Under the pieces are notes generated by a model that had not been told where the DNA came from, searched no databases, and saw only the letters and a list, made by a program, of their open reading frames with translations. From contig OX597834.1 of the NCBI GenBank assembly GCA_951406725.2, forward strand, positions 33,728,001 to 33,792,000: DNA of 64,000 nucleotides, read 5' to 3'. Below are positions 27,621 through 41,113 of the stretch, in pieces. This stretch comes from Octopus vulgaris. Lineage: Eukaryota. The position numbers and the translations under genes are program-made. Every line of letters starts with the position of its first letter. Position 1 is the first letter of the stretch.

Positions 27621-28106
27621 CATATCTATTATTGTAGGTAGCGTTAAAATCGAAGCTGTGTCCTCTTAAAGCACAACTGCTCATTCCAGTATTCCAAAAT
27701 CCGTAAGTTGATGTTATATTTTTGTGAGGTATGCATAAGAGCTGGAAATTCTGGGAAACATTTTTTTGCAGTGTAATCATATATCAAGACGAGAGATTGG
27801 AGAAATGTGTTGGCATTATTTTTATTCACTATTACGTATGGTTCGTTGGCCAGCAGGAGTTGCTAAACTGTACGTGTAGGAGAAACGCGTAAGTTATCGC
27901 CTATTCGAAATTCTTCAGTCGGAGAATTAAATAATACAAAATGTACATTTGAATGAAGCATTTGTATATAGTCAGTAATCAGATGCCCTCTAGACAGCTT
28001 GAGGGGAGAACAAATAGTAAATACATACATAAAATACATAGCTAGATATAAATAAATATATATATATATACATTTATATATTCATACATATATATGTATA
28101 TATCAA

Positions 28107-28188
<82 letters not shown>

Positions 28189-29032
28189 TCAACTTGTGTG
28201 TCTATGTGTGTATCTGTGTGTGTGTCTGTGTGTGTGTCTGTGTGTGTGTCTGTGTGTTTAACTTCCCGGCACATCTCTTCCTAGCCAACAAATCGTAGAA
28301 CCACCAAAAATGGGTCACTTAAAGTTTAGGCGAATGAAAATTGAACTGAGCTATTTCTGTTCCGAAATTCATCTCGCAAGTGTAAAAATCGATAATGTGT
28401 TTGTTTAGGCCTTATCCCATGCATTGAATAGTGAACTTTACTCAGTCAGCTGTTTGACGTGAACTGTGTTCACTACGCGTGCAAGCATGCGTAAATTGCA
28501 TAAAAAATAAAAAATCACGATATAAAAACGAATCGCCGTAAACATTGTAGAAATTCGGCAAAGAAATGAATTTTCGGGATGTAGCCTGGAGGGTTTTTTC
28601 GTATTAATCGTTTGGACTTTGTGAACACATACCGATTGTTTTCATAACATTTTTAACGCTTTGAATTAAATGCGACCATTTTGCGTTGAATCTGCAGTTT
28701 GAATCACTTTAACCAAATTTTAGCAGGCCGGATTTTTGATCATCACGATACATCGCCAGCGACTCTCTGAAACTCTTCCCCGAAATCCCCGTTGAGAAAT
28801 ACTGATCTAAAAGAATAATTCAACAATGCAATTATTTGATCAACAAAAATTTATGAAACGCTTCTACATACTTCCTATTGAGGAAATGGAACTCATAAGC
28901 GCAAAAATAGAGGGCATTAAATGCTTGATTTTAAAACCAAAATAATTGAATTTTGATTGAACTTCATCCAAGTTTTGCTTAATTCGCGAGTGCATGGAAC
29001 GCACGAGCACACGAAGCCGGGCAATGCTGCTA

Positions 29033-29033
<1 letters not shown>
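28107..29033 (+). mobile_element. Non-autonomous Helitron (second family or subfamily)
   Basis: A|TC(TA)nAAAACT..TTGTGTG 5' end and GCCGGGCAATGCTGCTAG|T 3' end resemble 25153-25732; different interior. Confidence 0.75.
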
Positions 29034-29080
<47 letters not shown>

Positions 29081-29145
29081 ACACATATATATACACACAC
29101 ACACACACATATATATATACACACAGACATGTATATATATATATA

Positions 29146-29194
<49 letters not shown>

Positions 29195-29196
<2 letters not shown>

Positions 29197-29345
29197 GACG
29201 GTCTTCTTTCAGTTTCCGCCTACCAAATCCACTCACAAGGCATTGGTCAGCCCGAGGCTATAGTAGAAGGCATTTGTCCTAGGTGCTACGCAGTGGTACT
29301 GAACCCGGAACTATGTGGTTGGAAATCAAAGTTCTTGCCACAAAA
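29195..29345 (-). mobile_element. SINE family B 5' half
   Basis: CTTTCAGTTTCCGCCTACCAAATCCACTCACAAGG. Confidence 0.8.
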
Positions 29346-29573
29346 TTTGAATGAATTTTACCTCTTTTCAGATATATGAAGATGAAGTGCCAAATCAAAA
29401 AAAACCCCCCCAAATAACAAATAACAAAAAAAAAACCGAAAGAATTTATCTGACAATTCCTTAGGTTGTACTCACACACACACACACACACACACATACA
29501 CACACACACACGATCCAAAGCAGCTGTTAGTTCTATATTTAACACAACTATTAACAACAACAACAACAACAAT

Positions 29574-29643
<70 letters not shown>

Positions 29644-29926
29644 GTTACAGCAACAACAACGACAACAATGAGGACAGCAACAACAGTGAGTCAAAACAAT
29701 ACACTCCGCCACGTCACCACACCTTCCACCCGCCACCCGTCACCAAGCCCCACCCCTACAAGAACACTTAATTACCATTAACCGAGTTCTATGCAGTCTC
29801 TCACCACCCACCCCGTTAGCATCCCCGTGTTATGTCATTTCTACCCTTCTGCAAACAAATACACACACACACAAATACGCACACATACGCGCACACACAT
29901 ACGTACATATTTATTGTCTCTATGTG

Positions 29927-29964
<38 letters not shown>

Positions 29965-30060
29965 TATACACTCATATACACATTTATAAACATATATATA
30001 TATTAATAAATGAAATAAAACATATGCATATGTATAAACATATATGTACGTACCTACCTC

Positions 30061-30111
<51 letters not shown>

Positions 30112-30613
30112 GCATATATATGTATACACACACTTCGGAGATGCACTTGCCCGGCAAGTGATTTCATCCGAGACTGGGTTCATGCTAAAGCAATTTCTGC
30201 ATATTAACCATTCAAACACACACAAGCATACAAAAAAAAACTGTCCACTTTGCTTAAACATTTATCGTTCGTGGTAACAATTTTCGTTGCACCAACTGCA
30301 AACCGTTCAGTTTGGCCAATGAATGATGGCACATCCCTAACAAAGCAAGTGGTAACCTTTCCTTAAATGCTACTTCAGCATTTATTTTGTAGCGTTACTC
30401 CGAAAAAAAAAAAAATAATAACTACAAACTAAAGATAAAAAAAAATTGTGCATCTGTGTGTGGCGTGTATGTATGTATGTGTGTGCATGTGTGTGTGTGC
30501 ATGTGTGTATGTGTATGTGTTTGTGTGTGTGTGTGTGTGTGTAGTGTGTGTAGTTGAAATTTATGGACAACAAACAAGTGTATTAGTTTGACGCTCGGGA
30601 AAATTGAAAAAGT

Positions 30614-30649
30614 CTTTTACGTTTCAGGCCTACGCTCTTCAACAGAAAG
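30614..30649 (-). ncRNA. Minimal hammerhead motif, family P1 (within fragment 30565-30710)
   Basis: Minus strand: cttt CTGTTGA A GAGC gtag GCCT GAA ACGT A aaag. Confidence 0.55.
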
Positions 30650-30703
30650 GAATGAGAGAAAATAAACAAAAGAGAGAATGAAAAATACTTGTGGAGTTCA
30701 GCG

Positions 30704-30764
<61 letters not shown>

Positions 30765-30798
30765 CATATATATATACATATATATATATGTATATATA

Positions 30799-30889
<91 letters not shown>

Positions 30890-30890
<1 letters not shown>

Positions 30891-31180
30891 AGTAGGTGAA
30901 TGAATTATCCTAGTATTGATAATTCGGTTAATCGATACCTGGGTAGCAAATTCACGTCAGAAAACACGGTTGAAGCTACATGTCAAGGGCAGAAACCCCG
31001 TGTGCTTGTGTGGTAATTTGTGTGTTCTTTTATATGAATAAATGAAAGAATGGAGTCGAACGAATATTTTAACAAAATTCCTTTACTCTCAACACATGTT
31101 TCGAAGACTGCATACTCTTAATTCCGAAGGAATAAATGGTGCATTATGCCGTCTTCTCATCAGGAAAGACAAGGAACCTC
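30890..31180 (-). mobile_element. Penelope-like terminal element family P2, left copy (inverted relative to 31545-31990)
   Basis: Reverse complement aligns by eye over about 290 bp with 31690-31990; ends at (TA)n. Confidence 0.75.
31086..31168 (-). ncRNA. Type I hammerhead ribozyme with long stem II
   Basis: ctttc CTGATGA GAAGACGGCATA...TATGCAGTCTTC GAA ACATGTGT T gagag; full canonical core, 5-bp stem I, 11/12-bp stem II base. Confidence 0.8.
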
Positions 31181-31254
31181 AATCAGCCTCAAGACGAACA
31201 AAAACTTTTTTATGACTGCCTACATGGTGTCCACAGTGATAATGAGCGTTTATG

Positions 31255-31480
31255 GCAGCATTCGCCAACTTAAATAAGGAGACCGTCCAGAAGATTTGCA
31301 GGAGTTTCTGATGTCGTCTGGAGGCTGTAATTGAAGTCAATGACGATTTTATTGAATAAATTTACTCTTTAGTATTTCAAGATATTTTAATGTAATTTTA
31401 AAATGAGATATTAAAATGAGATGTCAGTGTTATTTTCATTTTTTGCATAATTTAGACGACAATTTATTCACCGCACCCTG
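31255..31480 (+). pseudogene. maT/DD37D-like transposon 3' end
   Basis: LNKETVQKICRSF*CRLEAVIEVNDDFIE* and terminal CACCCTG-TA. Confidence 0.75.
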
Positions 31481-31563
31481 TATCTACACACATACATGTA
31501 TATATTTATATATGTATATGTGCATATGTATTTGCATTTACATGTTTGAACCCTTGAACCTTT

Positions 31564-31617
31564 AGAACCTTCTAGATTCTTCTACATTCAGCCACTCTGA
31601 CGTCACTCCTTATAAAG
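31564..31617 (+). promoter_or_regulatory. Candidate Pol II promoter: heat-shock element, CRE and TATA
   Basis: aGAAccTTCtaGATtcTTCt (31564-31583), TGACGTCA (31598-31605), TATAAAG (31611-31617). Confidence 0.5.
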
Positions 31618-31700
31618 AGACACTCATTATCGCCATGGGCTCCTTGAGAGCGGTCAGCTAAAAGCTTTTTGTGCATTTTGATGTCGACATAAGTTCCTTG

Positions 31701-31785
31701 ATTTTCCTGATGAGAAATCTGCATAATGTACTCCTTATTCCTTCGGAATTAGGAATATGCAGCCTTCGAAACATATGTCGAGAAT
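31701..31785 (+). ncRNA. Type I hammerhead ribozyme with long stem II
   Basis: attttc CTGATGA GAAATCTGCATA...TATGCAGCCTTC GAA ACATATGT C gagaat; 6-bp stem I, palindromic stem III, GUC site (predicted cut after 31779). Confidence 0.85.
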
Positions 31786-31988
31786 AAAGGATATTTGTTA
31801 ACTAGTTGTTCAACTCCATTCTTTCAAATACTTATAATTTTAAAATAAACATACAAATTTCCGCACGAAGACACGTAGTCTATGCCCTAGGGACGTAGCT
31901 TCAACCGTGTTCTTTCTTATGTGAATTTGCTACCCAGGTATCGGTTATCTTTCGAATTATCCTTAATAAGATAATTCATTCAACTACT

Positions 31989-32077
<89 letters not shown>

Positions 32078-32449
32078 ATGTACATGTATGTATATATATT
32101 TGTGGGGTGGCGGTGTTTGTGCGTATGTGTTTGTGGAAGGAGATATAATCCAAGCTGTGTCGTCGAGTAGCCTATCTGCACGTTCCAGTAATCAAATGAA
32201 TGTAGAATAAATGTTTTATTTTAAATGAGGCAGACATGCCAGTTGAAAGTTCTGTTGAATCGTATTTGCAGAGTAAATACATATTAAAGCAAAGACTGGG
32301 TTATTTTTAAAATCTTTATCTGATTAATTACAAATAGGAGACCCCTACACATCTTTTCTGCATGTATAGACATTGTAACTCCTTTCCTGTGATGAAACTC
32401 CTGTAATATGTGATTAAAAATATACCAAATATTCCACTCTTTGTTTTAA

Positions 32450-32752
32450 TACTGACTGCGGCCATGCTGGAGTATCGCCTTTAGTCGAACAAATCGACTC
32501 CAAGACTTATTCTTTGTAAGCCTAGTACTTTTTCTATCGGTGTATTTTGCCGAACCACTAAGTTACGGGGGCGTAAACACACCAACATCGGTTGTCAAGC
32601 GATGGTGGGAGGCAAGAACAGATAAATCCACTCACAAGGGTTTGGTCGGCCCGAGGTTATAGTAGAAGACACTTGCCCAAGGTGCCATGCAGTGGACTGA
32701 ATCCAGAACCATGTGGTTGGTAAGCAAGCTTCCTAACCACACAACCACGCCT
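32450..32752 (-). mobile_element. SINE family B copy
   Basis: Reverse-complement homology. Confidence 0.85.
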
Positions 32753-33010
32753 ACATGTATGTATGTATGTATGTATGTATGTATGTATGTATGTATGTAT
32801 GTATGTATGTATGTATGTATGTATGTATGTATGTATGCGTGTGTGTGTGTATGTATGTATGTATGCGTGTGTGTGTGTATGTATGTATGAATGTATGTAT
32901 GTATGTATGCGTGTGTGTGTGTGTATGTATGTATGTATGTATGCGTGTGTGTGTATGTATGTATGTATGTATGTATGAATGTATGTATGAATGTATGTAT
33001 GTATGTATGC

Positions 33011-33046
<36 letters not shown>

Positions 33047-33066
33047 ATGTATGTATGTATGTATGT

Positions 33067-33376
33067 GAAGGCGTGTGGCTTAGTGGTTAGGGCATTCGGC
33101 TCACGATCGTTAGGTCGTAAGTTCAATTCCCGGCAACGCGTTGTGTCCTTGAGCAAGACACTTTATTTCACATTGCTCCAGTCCATTCAGCTGGCAAAAA
33201 TGAGTTGTATCTGTAATACAACGGGGCCAGCCTCGTCGCATTCTTTGCCATGCTGAATCTCCCTGAGAACTACGTTAAGAGTAAACATGTCTGTGGAGTG
33301 CTCAGCCACTTGCATGTAATTTCACGAGCAGGCTGATCGGATCAACTGAAACCCTCTCGTCGTCGTAACCGACGGA

Positions 33377-33380
<4 letters not shown>
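33067..33380 (+). mobile_element. SINE family C (tRNA-derived head with A/B boxes, CORE-like GTGTCCTTGAGCAAGACAC)
   Basis: TGGCTTAGTGG A box, GTTCAATTCC B box; copies at 35978-36295 and 41114-41420. Confidence 0.9.
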
Positions 33381-33413
<33 letters not shown>

Positions 33414-33429
33414 TGTGTGTGTATTTATA

Positions 33430-33745
33430 CGCATGTGTATCACGTGGTCACGGGATCGACCAGACTATAGGATGTTGTAATACATCGCTGATCACAATGC
33501 GCTTTGCATTGCTTTTTAGCTTTTGAATGATGCTGCCCAGTTGGCTCGGCAATCAGGCCAATATTGAGCCCTGATCAGAAAGCCAGTCCATCACAGGGTG
33601 ACCCGTTTACAGCTGAGTGCACTGGAGTAACGTGAATTGAAAGTATTTTGCTCAAGAACACAAGGCGCCGCTCGGTCTGAGAATCGAATCCCCGATCTAG
33701 TGATCGTGAGTGCAACACCCTACCCACTCACGATACTGTCTTCAC
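33430..33745 (-). mobile_element. Older family C-related SINE with a different tail
   Basis: TTGCTCAAGAACACAA and GAATCGAATCCC reverse-complement motifs. Confidence 0.7.
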
Positions 33746-33789
33746 AGGTATGTATATGCATATGTGTAGGTATGTATTTATATATGTAC

Positions 33790-34265
<476 letters not shown>

Positions 34266-34791
34266 TCTGGGTTCAGTCCCACTGCGCGGCACCTTGGGCA
34301 GATGTCTTCTAGCATGACCTTGTGAGTGAGATTGGTAAACGGAAATACATGACAACGCGAAGAACTTAAGTGTCGACAACGTAGAAAATGCAAAAGCCGT
34401 CAAAGAACACGAAGTTACCTGACGTCATCTTCCATGACAATTAACAATAACCTAAATAATAATAGACAGAACGGTACCAAACGTCTGTGAAGGGGAGATG
34501 GCGCAGGTGTAGAGGGAGGCTGAGAAAGCAACGAATTACAGCGACTTGGCTGATGAATTTAAAAAGAAAAATAAATAAATAAATAAATAAATAAAAATAT
34601 CGAAAGCCAACATGGTAGTAGTTAAGGAATGCGTCCATCATACCATTTGTAAGTAGTGTAACTGGAATGGTAGCACAATAATCACGTGTGCAAAGACAAC
34701 GACAGAGTAAGTTGTGAAAACAGATATAGACAAGTCCCAGAGAATTCAGTGAATATTAGGACATTCTTCGCACAGCAAGGGCTGGTTAACC

Positions 34792-34854
<63 letters not shown>

Positions 34855-34959
34855 TGTGCTTGCTTTTCAAGGTGTCCCCTTCTAATTCGTCTTTTGATGA
34901 GAAAAAAACCCCCAGACATGTGAAGGACAAGAACAACGTCAACAATGATAATAATCAAA

Positions 34960-35345
34960 GTAATTCTTTCTACAATAGGCACAAGGCCTGATATTTGGGG
35001 TGGGGGTGGGGGTAGGGAATAAGTCGATTGCACCGACCCCAGTAATCAACTGGTACTTATTTTATCGACCCCGGCAGAATTTGAGCTTCTGAACGTAAAG
35101 ACGGACGAAATACCTATTTCTTTATTACCCACAAGGGGCTAAACATAGAGGGGACAAACAAGGACAGACATAGGTATTAAGCCAATTACATCGACCCCAG
35201 TGCATAACTGGTACTTAATTTATCGACCCCGAAAGGATGAAAGGCAAAGTCGACCTCGGCGGAATTTGAACTCAGAACGTAAAGACGGACGAAATACCGC
35301 TAAGCATTTCGCCCGGCGTGCTAACGTTTCTGCTAGCTCATTGCC
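34960..35345 (-). mobile_element. SINE family A nested/tandem copies
   Basis: Junction GACGAAATACCTATTTCTTT near 35105-35124. Confidence 0.85.
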
Positions 35346-35378
35346 TTAATATGGATGATGATGAGAATGATGATGATG

Positions 35379-35409
<31 letters not shown>

Positions 35410-35415
35410 TGATGG

Positions 35416-35449
<34 letters not shown>

Positions 35450-35479
35450 AATTGTTGTCAATGAAATAATAATAATAAT

Positions 35480-35860
35480 TGTTGTGAATGAAAACGAAAG
35501 AACATGTATGATAATCGAGAAAGCATGCCCCAATGACAGCAGGATCAATGTGAAAAAAGAAGAAAAAATAAACAACTATGACCATTTGAAGTGGGAAATA
35601 CGAATTTTGTGGTCACTGAAGAGAGTAGACGTGATACCAATAGTAATTGGTGTAGTTGGAAGTGTCAACACTTAGCTACCAACATATCTGAAAGAGATTG
35701 GTGCAAGTGTGAAAAATCAGCATTGCATGGAACTGCAAGAATTCCTCGCAGAGTTCTTGAAGCATGTCCAGTAAACGAATGTCACCTTAGTCTGCTGGTT
35801 GTGGACAGCTGACACTTTCCATCATACCCAGCAAAATAAGCTGTGAGTTTTAATACAATT
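35480..35860 (+). pseudogene. Dong/R4-like RLE 3' remnant ending in (TAA)n
   Basis: CMIIEKACPNDSRINVKKEEKINNYDHLKWEIRILWSLKRVDVIPIVIGVVG; ALHGTARI. Confidence 0.85.
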
Positions 35861-35863
35861 ATG

Positions 35864-35970
<107 letters not shown>

Positions 35971-35977
35971 TACTGTG

Positions 35978-36295
35978 AGGGCGCGTGGCTTAGTGGTTAG
36001 GGCATTCGGCTCATGATCGTAAGGTTGTGAGTTCGATTCCCGGCGACGCGTTGTGTCCTTGAGCAAGACACTTTATTTCACGTTGCTCCAGTCCACTCAG
36101 CTGGCAAAAATGAGTTGTACTTGTATTTCAAAGGGTCAGCCTTGTCACTCTCTGTGTCACGCTGATTATCCCCGAGAACTACGTTAAGGGTACACGTGTC
36201 TGTGGAATGCTCAGCCATTTGCACGTTAATTTCACGAGCAAGCTGTTCCGTTGATCGTATCAGCTGGGATCCTCGTCGTCGTAACCGGCGGAGTC
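35978..36295 (+). mobile_element. SINE family C copy inside a (TTA)n tract
   Basis: Homology to 33067-33380. Confidence 0.9.
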
Positions 36296-36302
36296 TTTAA
36301 GA

Positions 36303-36385
<83 letters not shown>

Positions 36386-36399
36386 ACAATAATAATTTT

Positions 36400-36828
36400 A
36401 TGATTCAATGCGATCATGAGATAGAGAATAGGAAACCAGACATAGTCTTAATTGAGAAAGAAAGCAAACGGTGCTGGATCATAGATATATCATGCCCTGC
36501 TGACAACAAGGTTTGCGATAAGGAAGAAAGAAAAGTCAATAGTTATGACAGGTTAGCTTGGGCGGTTAAGCAGTTGTGGTCGATGAAAAAGGTGGTAGTA
36601 GTACGAATAATTTTCGGAGCCCTGGGAACAGTGAGCAAAAATCTTGAGAAGTACATGGAACAAATAGGGGCTGAAATAAGGGTGGAGCACTTGCAGAAAA
36701 CAGCAATGCTTGGAACCGCTCGAATACTCCGAATGGTGCTCGAAAAATAAGGGGTGTTACTTTAGTTCACTGGTAGTGAACAACTGGTACCGAAATACAT
36801 CTCCAGCGATAGAAGCTGTGCAAAGACA

Positions 36829-36830
<2 letters not shown>
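36400..36830 (+). pseudogene. 5'-truncated Dong/R4-like element: open RLE domain, 3' UTR and (TAA)n
   Basis: ORF 36400..36750 IQCDHEIENRKPDIVLIEKESKRCWIIDISCP..IIFGALG..LQKTAMLGTARILR (PD..D nuclease motif). Confidence 0.9.
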
Positions 36831-36882
<52 letters not shown>

Positions 36883-36886
<4 letters not shown>

Positions 36887-37442
36887 GCCCTGATGCAGTA
36901 CCAGGCAGTGGCTCTCATGGCTTCTGATCTTAACTGATTGGAAGTGTTATCATGTACATTGTTTTGTCTTGGTATAAAAGATGGGCTACAGCAAATATTC
37001 TGCTCAATACCACAGATTTGCTTGTCAGTTGTTTGACCTTAACCAGTTGAGCATGTCCCTTAGTGGCTGACGATATGTGCATCTCTGATCACGAGCAGAA
37101 GTAGTGGGGGAGCATCATAGCCATGTGTTGAGAGGGATTCTTTGGGGTTTGAATAGTTCACCTCTGGAAACATGGGTGGTTCTTTCAACATCCTTAAACA
37201 ACCCTTATTCAGGGACCGTTTGAGCAGGATGGGCTACTCAACCTGAAGAAAATTCTAACTGGGCCCCACCTGCAAGGTCATGTGCTGTTTATCTTGATAT
37301 GAGATCACCATGTCGCGCACATATGGTTGTGATGCATGTGCCTGGTGTACCTTTATCAGACGGGTAGTCATGATGGGTATATTGGGCTTCGTATATTTTA
37401 CCCCAGTGTCACTTTGATGGCATGAACTGCTCTCTCACTCAA
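36883..37442 (+). mobile_element. About 560-bp non-coding element embedded in (TAA)n on both sides
   Basis: Sharp (TAA)n boundaries, no ORF, no TIR; classification as a non-autonomous retroelement is inferred. Confidence 0.5.
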
Positions 37443-38023
37443 TAATAATAATAATCATAATCATAATCATAATTAATTCTTTTTATTGGCCACAAGGGCT
37501 GACAAATATGATTGGAAAACATAAAGGGACAAAACAGGACGAAAGGTTACAAAAGGTTTTGTCCGTTTGTGAAAAAACCGAGTAAAAAGCAGTTTAACAA
37601 TCAAAATTTTAACAACGAAAAAAACTCCCAATAGAGGAGACGCTTCGAAAAAAGAAGAGGTCTCACGTGGAAAAACCCATAAAAGCCACGGAAGCCTGGT
37701 CAAAAGCTGGTAGAGAACCCCTTTCTCCTTTTATAATACCTTTTTCAATTACAGGCGAAACCTCAGAATTGGTCCAATAATAATAATAATAATGGTTTGA
37801 AATTTTGGCGCAAGGGCAGCAATTTTTTATGTCTGGTTTTGGTGATGCAAAAAGGAAAATAGATCTCAAAACATGAGCGTACGTATGCCTTCTATTAATA
37901 ATCGGCAGAAGTTTCAGAGTCACTTAAGGGCCCAGAGTTTCGTGTTTGATAAATGCCAACGCATGAAACCTCTCGGCTCTTGAGTCACTTTGTGATTTCT
38001 ACTAATCATTAATAATAAAAAAA

Positions 38024-38087
<64 letters not shown>

Positions 38088-38815
38088 GTCTGCCAGATCA
38101 GAGCTGATCTCTGGTACTAAGTGACGACAACCAACAATAACAACAACAATATTTGATTGTATAAAATTTAGCACAGCGTGTGACAGCATAAAATAACAGG
38201 AAAATTGGTCTCTTGATTCCTCTGTGTGCGCGCGCGTACACACACACATACACACACACACATATACACTCTCTTTCTCACAAACACACGCACACACATA
38301 CACGTATTCTCTATCACACTGTCTCACACACACACTCACACGCACGTACATACAGACATACATCTGTACAAAGCTTAATGACAAAAGCGAGAGGGATAGA
38401 GAATGAGAGATAAGCGAATGAGAAAGAGAGAGACAGACAAACAGATAGGAAGACTGAGAGAGGCAGAGAGAGAGAGAGAGAGAGGGGGGAGAGAAAAGAG
38501 AAAGGAAGAAAGAGAGAGAGAAAGTTGGAGGGAAGTAACGGATTCTTTCACGAATTTTCTAAAACAAACTTTTTAAATGAAATTAGATTTAAAAGAAATA
38601 TTAATTAAATTGCATCAAATTAAATTAAAATGATTGCCTTTTATCTTTACCAACGACGTTTTCCCAGCAGCGCCAAGACCGACAACGACACTAGCGCCAC
38701 CTCGGCTGCTACCACCACACAGCGGTGGAAAATGAAATCATAGATTGAACTCTTCAACTAGTTTCAGGCCAATGGGTTAGTCGAGATAAGATGAACTACA
38801 TTGTGAATTGTCTAC

Positions 38816-38881
<66 letters not shown>

Positions 38882-38953
38882 GTCTGTCTGTCTGTCTGTC
38901 TGTCCGTCCGTCCGTCCGTCCGTCCGTCCGTCCGTCCGTCCGTCCGTCCGTCC

Positions 38954-38997
<44 letters not shown>

Positions 38998-39253
38998 TTC
39001 TATCTATCTATTTATTTATCTATCTATCTATCTGAATACATGCACACATAGATACACATACATACATATGAGCACACACACACACACATACACACACACA
39101 CACACAAGAGTACCCGAATAAGTACCAGTCTGAACTGGGGACGATTTTATCGATTAAATAAAACCCTGAACGCAACACTCCAGCATGGTCGCAGTCTGAT
39201 GACTGAAACTGTAATAGAATACACACACAAACATACACACACATACATCGCTA

Positions 39254-39328
<75 letters not shown>

Positions 39329-40559
39329 ACTTTTACAACCATCACAAAAACAAAAAAAATCAGGAGAAACAACGAAGACGACAAAACCAACAACAAAAAT
39401 AATAGTAGTAATAACAACATCAACAACTATATATATATCGTTACTAATACAAACAAGTAGTAACACAGATGAAATAAATGAAGTTGAAAATATGCAGGGA
39501 ACATGAAAATTTTAAAAAAATCTAAAACACACACACACACACTCACAGACACACTTACTCGGTGTCACATTTGATTTTCAAAAGGGTATGGTATGTGGAG
39601 CTGTGTCACAAATTGTCTTTTCTCGCTGCTGTTGTAAAAATCGTTTCTTATTATAGAAAGAATGTATATCAGTACACTATCAGTTAATATATAGATTGAT
39701 TGGTTGAGGATAATGACATGACGAGGTGAGGACATTTTCGGTCAGTTTTCTTCTAAGTTCATGTGTTAAAGCCATGTGACAACCGCGCAAGAAGGTCGCA
39801 CCAAAGCTTTTGTCCAGTGGATGTGTCGTATGACATTCATACTAAATGGCGAATTTTATATTTAAAATGTTTTTATAGCCTGTTCAGCCGTCGTTTGTAT
39901 TTTTTAATAAACGAATTTTCCTGATTTACAATATTTGACCAGCCTTATTAATAAAGGGTGATAGAGTGACCTTCATGATGTATTCAGTTGATAGCCAGGT
40001 TTGTCCTACAAGAAGCAACAATTATTGGACATAACTCCACATGTTGCCAAGGCTCGGACACTGAGGAAAAAGAAATTGGTAATACAAAGGTACCAATCAA
40101 AACAAGGAGTGTCGAAGTATAGAAAAATACATATGAGAGTGCCAGTGAGTGTGCGTGCTTCTCAGTGTGTGTGTGACTATATAAAAAATAGGTATGGGTA
40201 TGTGTGTCGCGTGCCGATGTATATATATGTGTGTGTCAAAGCGACAAAATGGATGGAAGATAGATGTGTGTGTCTATCAGCGTGTTTAAATGAAGAATGT
40301 AAATGTAGAGGTGGCCGAAGTGAGGTGTGTATATGAAGAAGTTGTGAGAGGGTGTGTATGGATGGTATGTAAGTTTGGGAAAAGGGGGAAAATGTGGCTA
40401 AAGAAGGACTGGGTGTGGTTGAGTTGGGTGAACCTGGTGGTGTGGAGAAGAAAAAGGAGTTGAGAGATGATGTGTATAACTGAGAAACATGTGGAGTGCG
40501 AAGCATAGGTTATGTAAATGAAGCGTAGGTTATGTAAATGAAGAAGTGAATTTAGACCA

Positions 40560-40890
40560 AAAGATGTGTAAGTTTTGAGAAAGAAAATGAGATATATTTC
40601 TTTTGGAAGCGAGTGGTAGTGGTGGTGGTGAGTTTGGCATTGAAAGCTAATCTAAAGAGCGATAAGTGTTGATTGGAGTGGTCAACGGAGCAGAAATGTC
40701 GGGAGACAAGTGACTTGTTGCCAAGTTAGATTCATTGACATGCTGAGTGAACCTATCGGATAGTCGGAGGTAGGTTTACCCGATGTAGATCAAATTGCAA
40801 TGTGAACATTGTAGTAGGTATACGAGGTGGGCAGATGTGCATCGGAAAGAATCCTTAAAGTGAAAAGTACAATGGTTGGGTCTGGTGAGG
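40560..40890 (-). pseudogene. Decayed Penelope-like GIY-YIG endonuclease
   Basis: HFKDSFRCTSAHLVYLLQCSHCNLIYIG*T..RLSDRF..H; VSRHFCS. Confidence 0.8.
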
Positions 40891-41113
40891 GTGTTGACTG
40901 TTGTTGTTGTTGCTGCCGCTGTTACTGTTACTGTTGTACATGCTTTTGTTGATGTTGTTATCTTATTTTTATTGTTGGTATTGTTATCTGTGCTGGTGCT
41001 GCTTTGGTTGTCGTTCTTCAGCGCCAAGTCTGCTCAGATCCAGCAGATCAATGATGACAGGCATGCCAGTCGTGGCCACCACGTATCTTCTCGTATGTTT
41101 TGAACTAGATTGT

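Larger units (their letters stand above)
31545..31990 (+). mobile_element. Penelope-like terminal element family P2, right copy
   Basis: Promoter-like motifs, hammerhead, terminal hairpin GAATTATC-N8-GATAATTC (31954-31977), then (TA)n. Confidence 0.75.

Noticed and set aside
33067-33140. tRNA gene (also 35978 and 41114)
   Set aside because: tRNA-like head continues into a SINE body in multiple copies and lacks a complete acceptor stem
37040-37110. GTC..CTGACGA hammerhead-like string in the 560-bp element
   Set aside because: No GAAA strand in a compatible position
39545-40000. Possible Tc1-type end TACTCGGTGTCAC
   Set aside because: No partner TIR or transposase translation recognised
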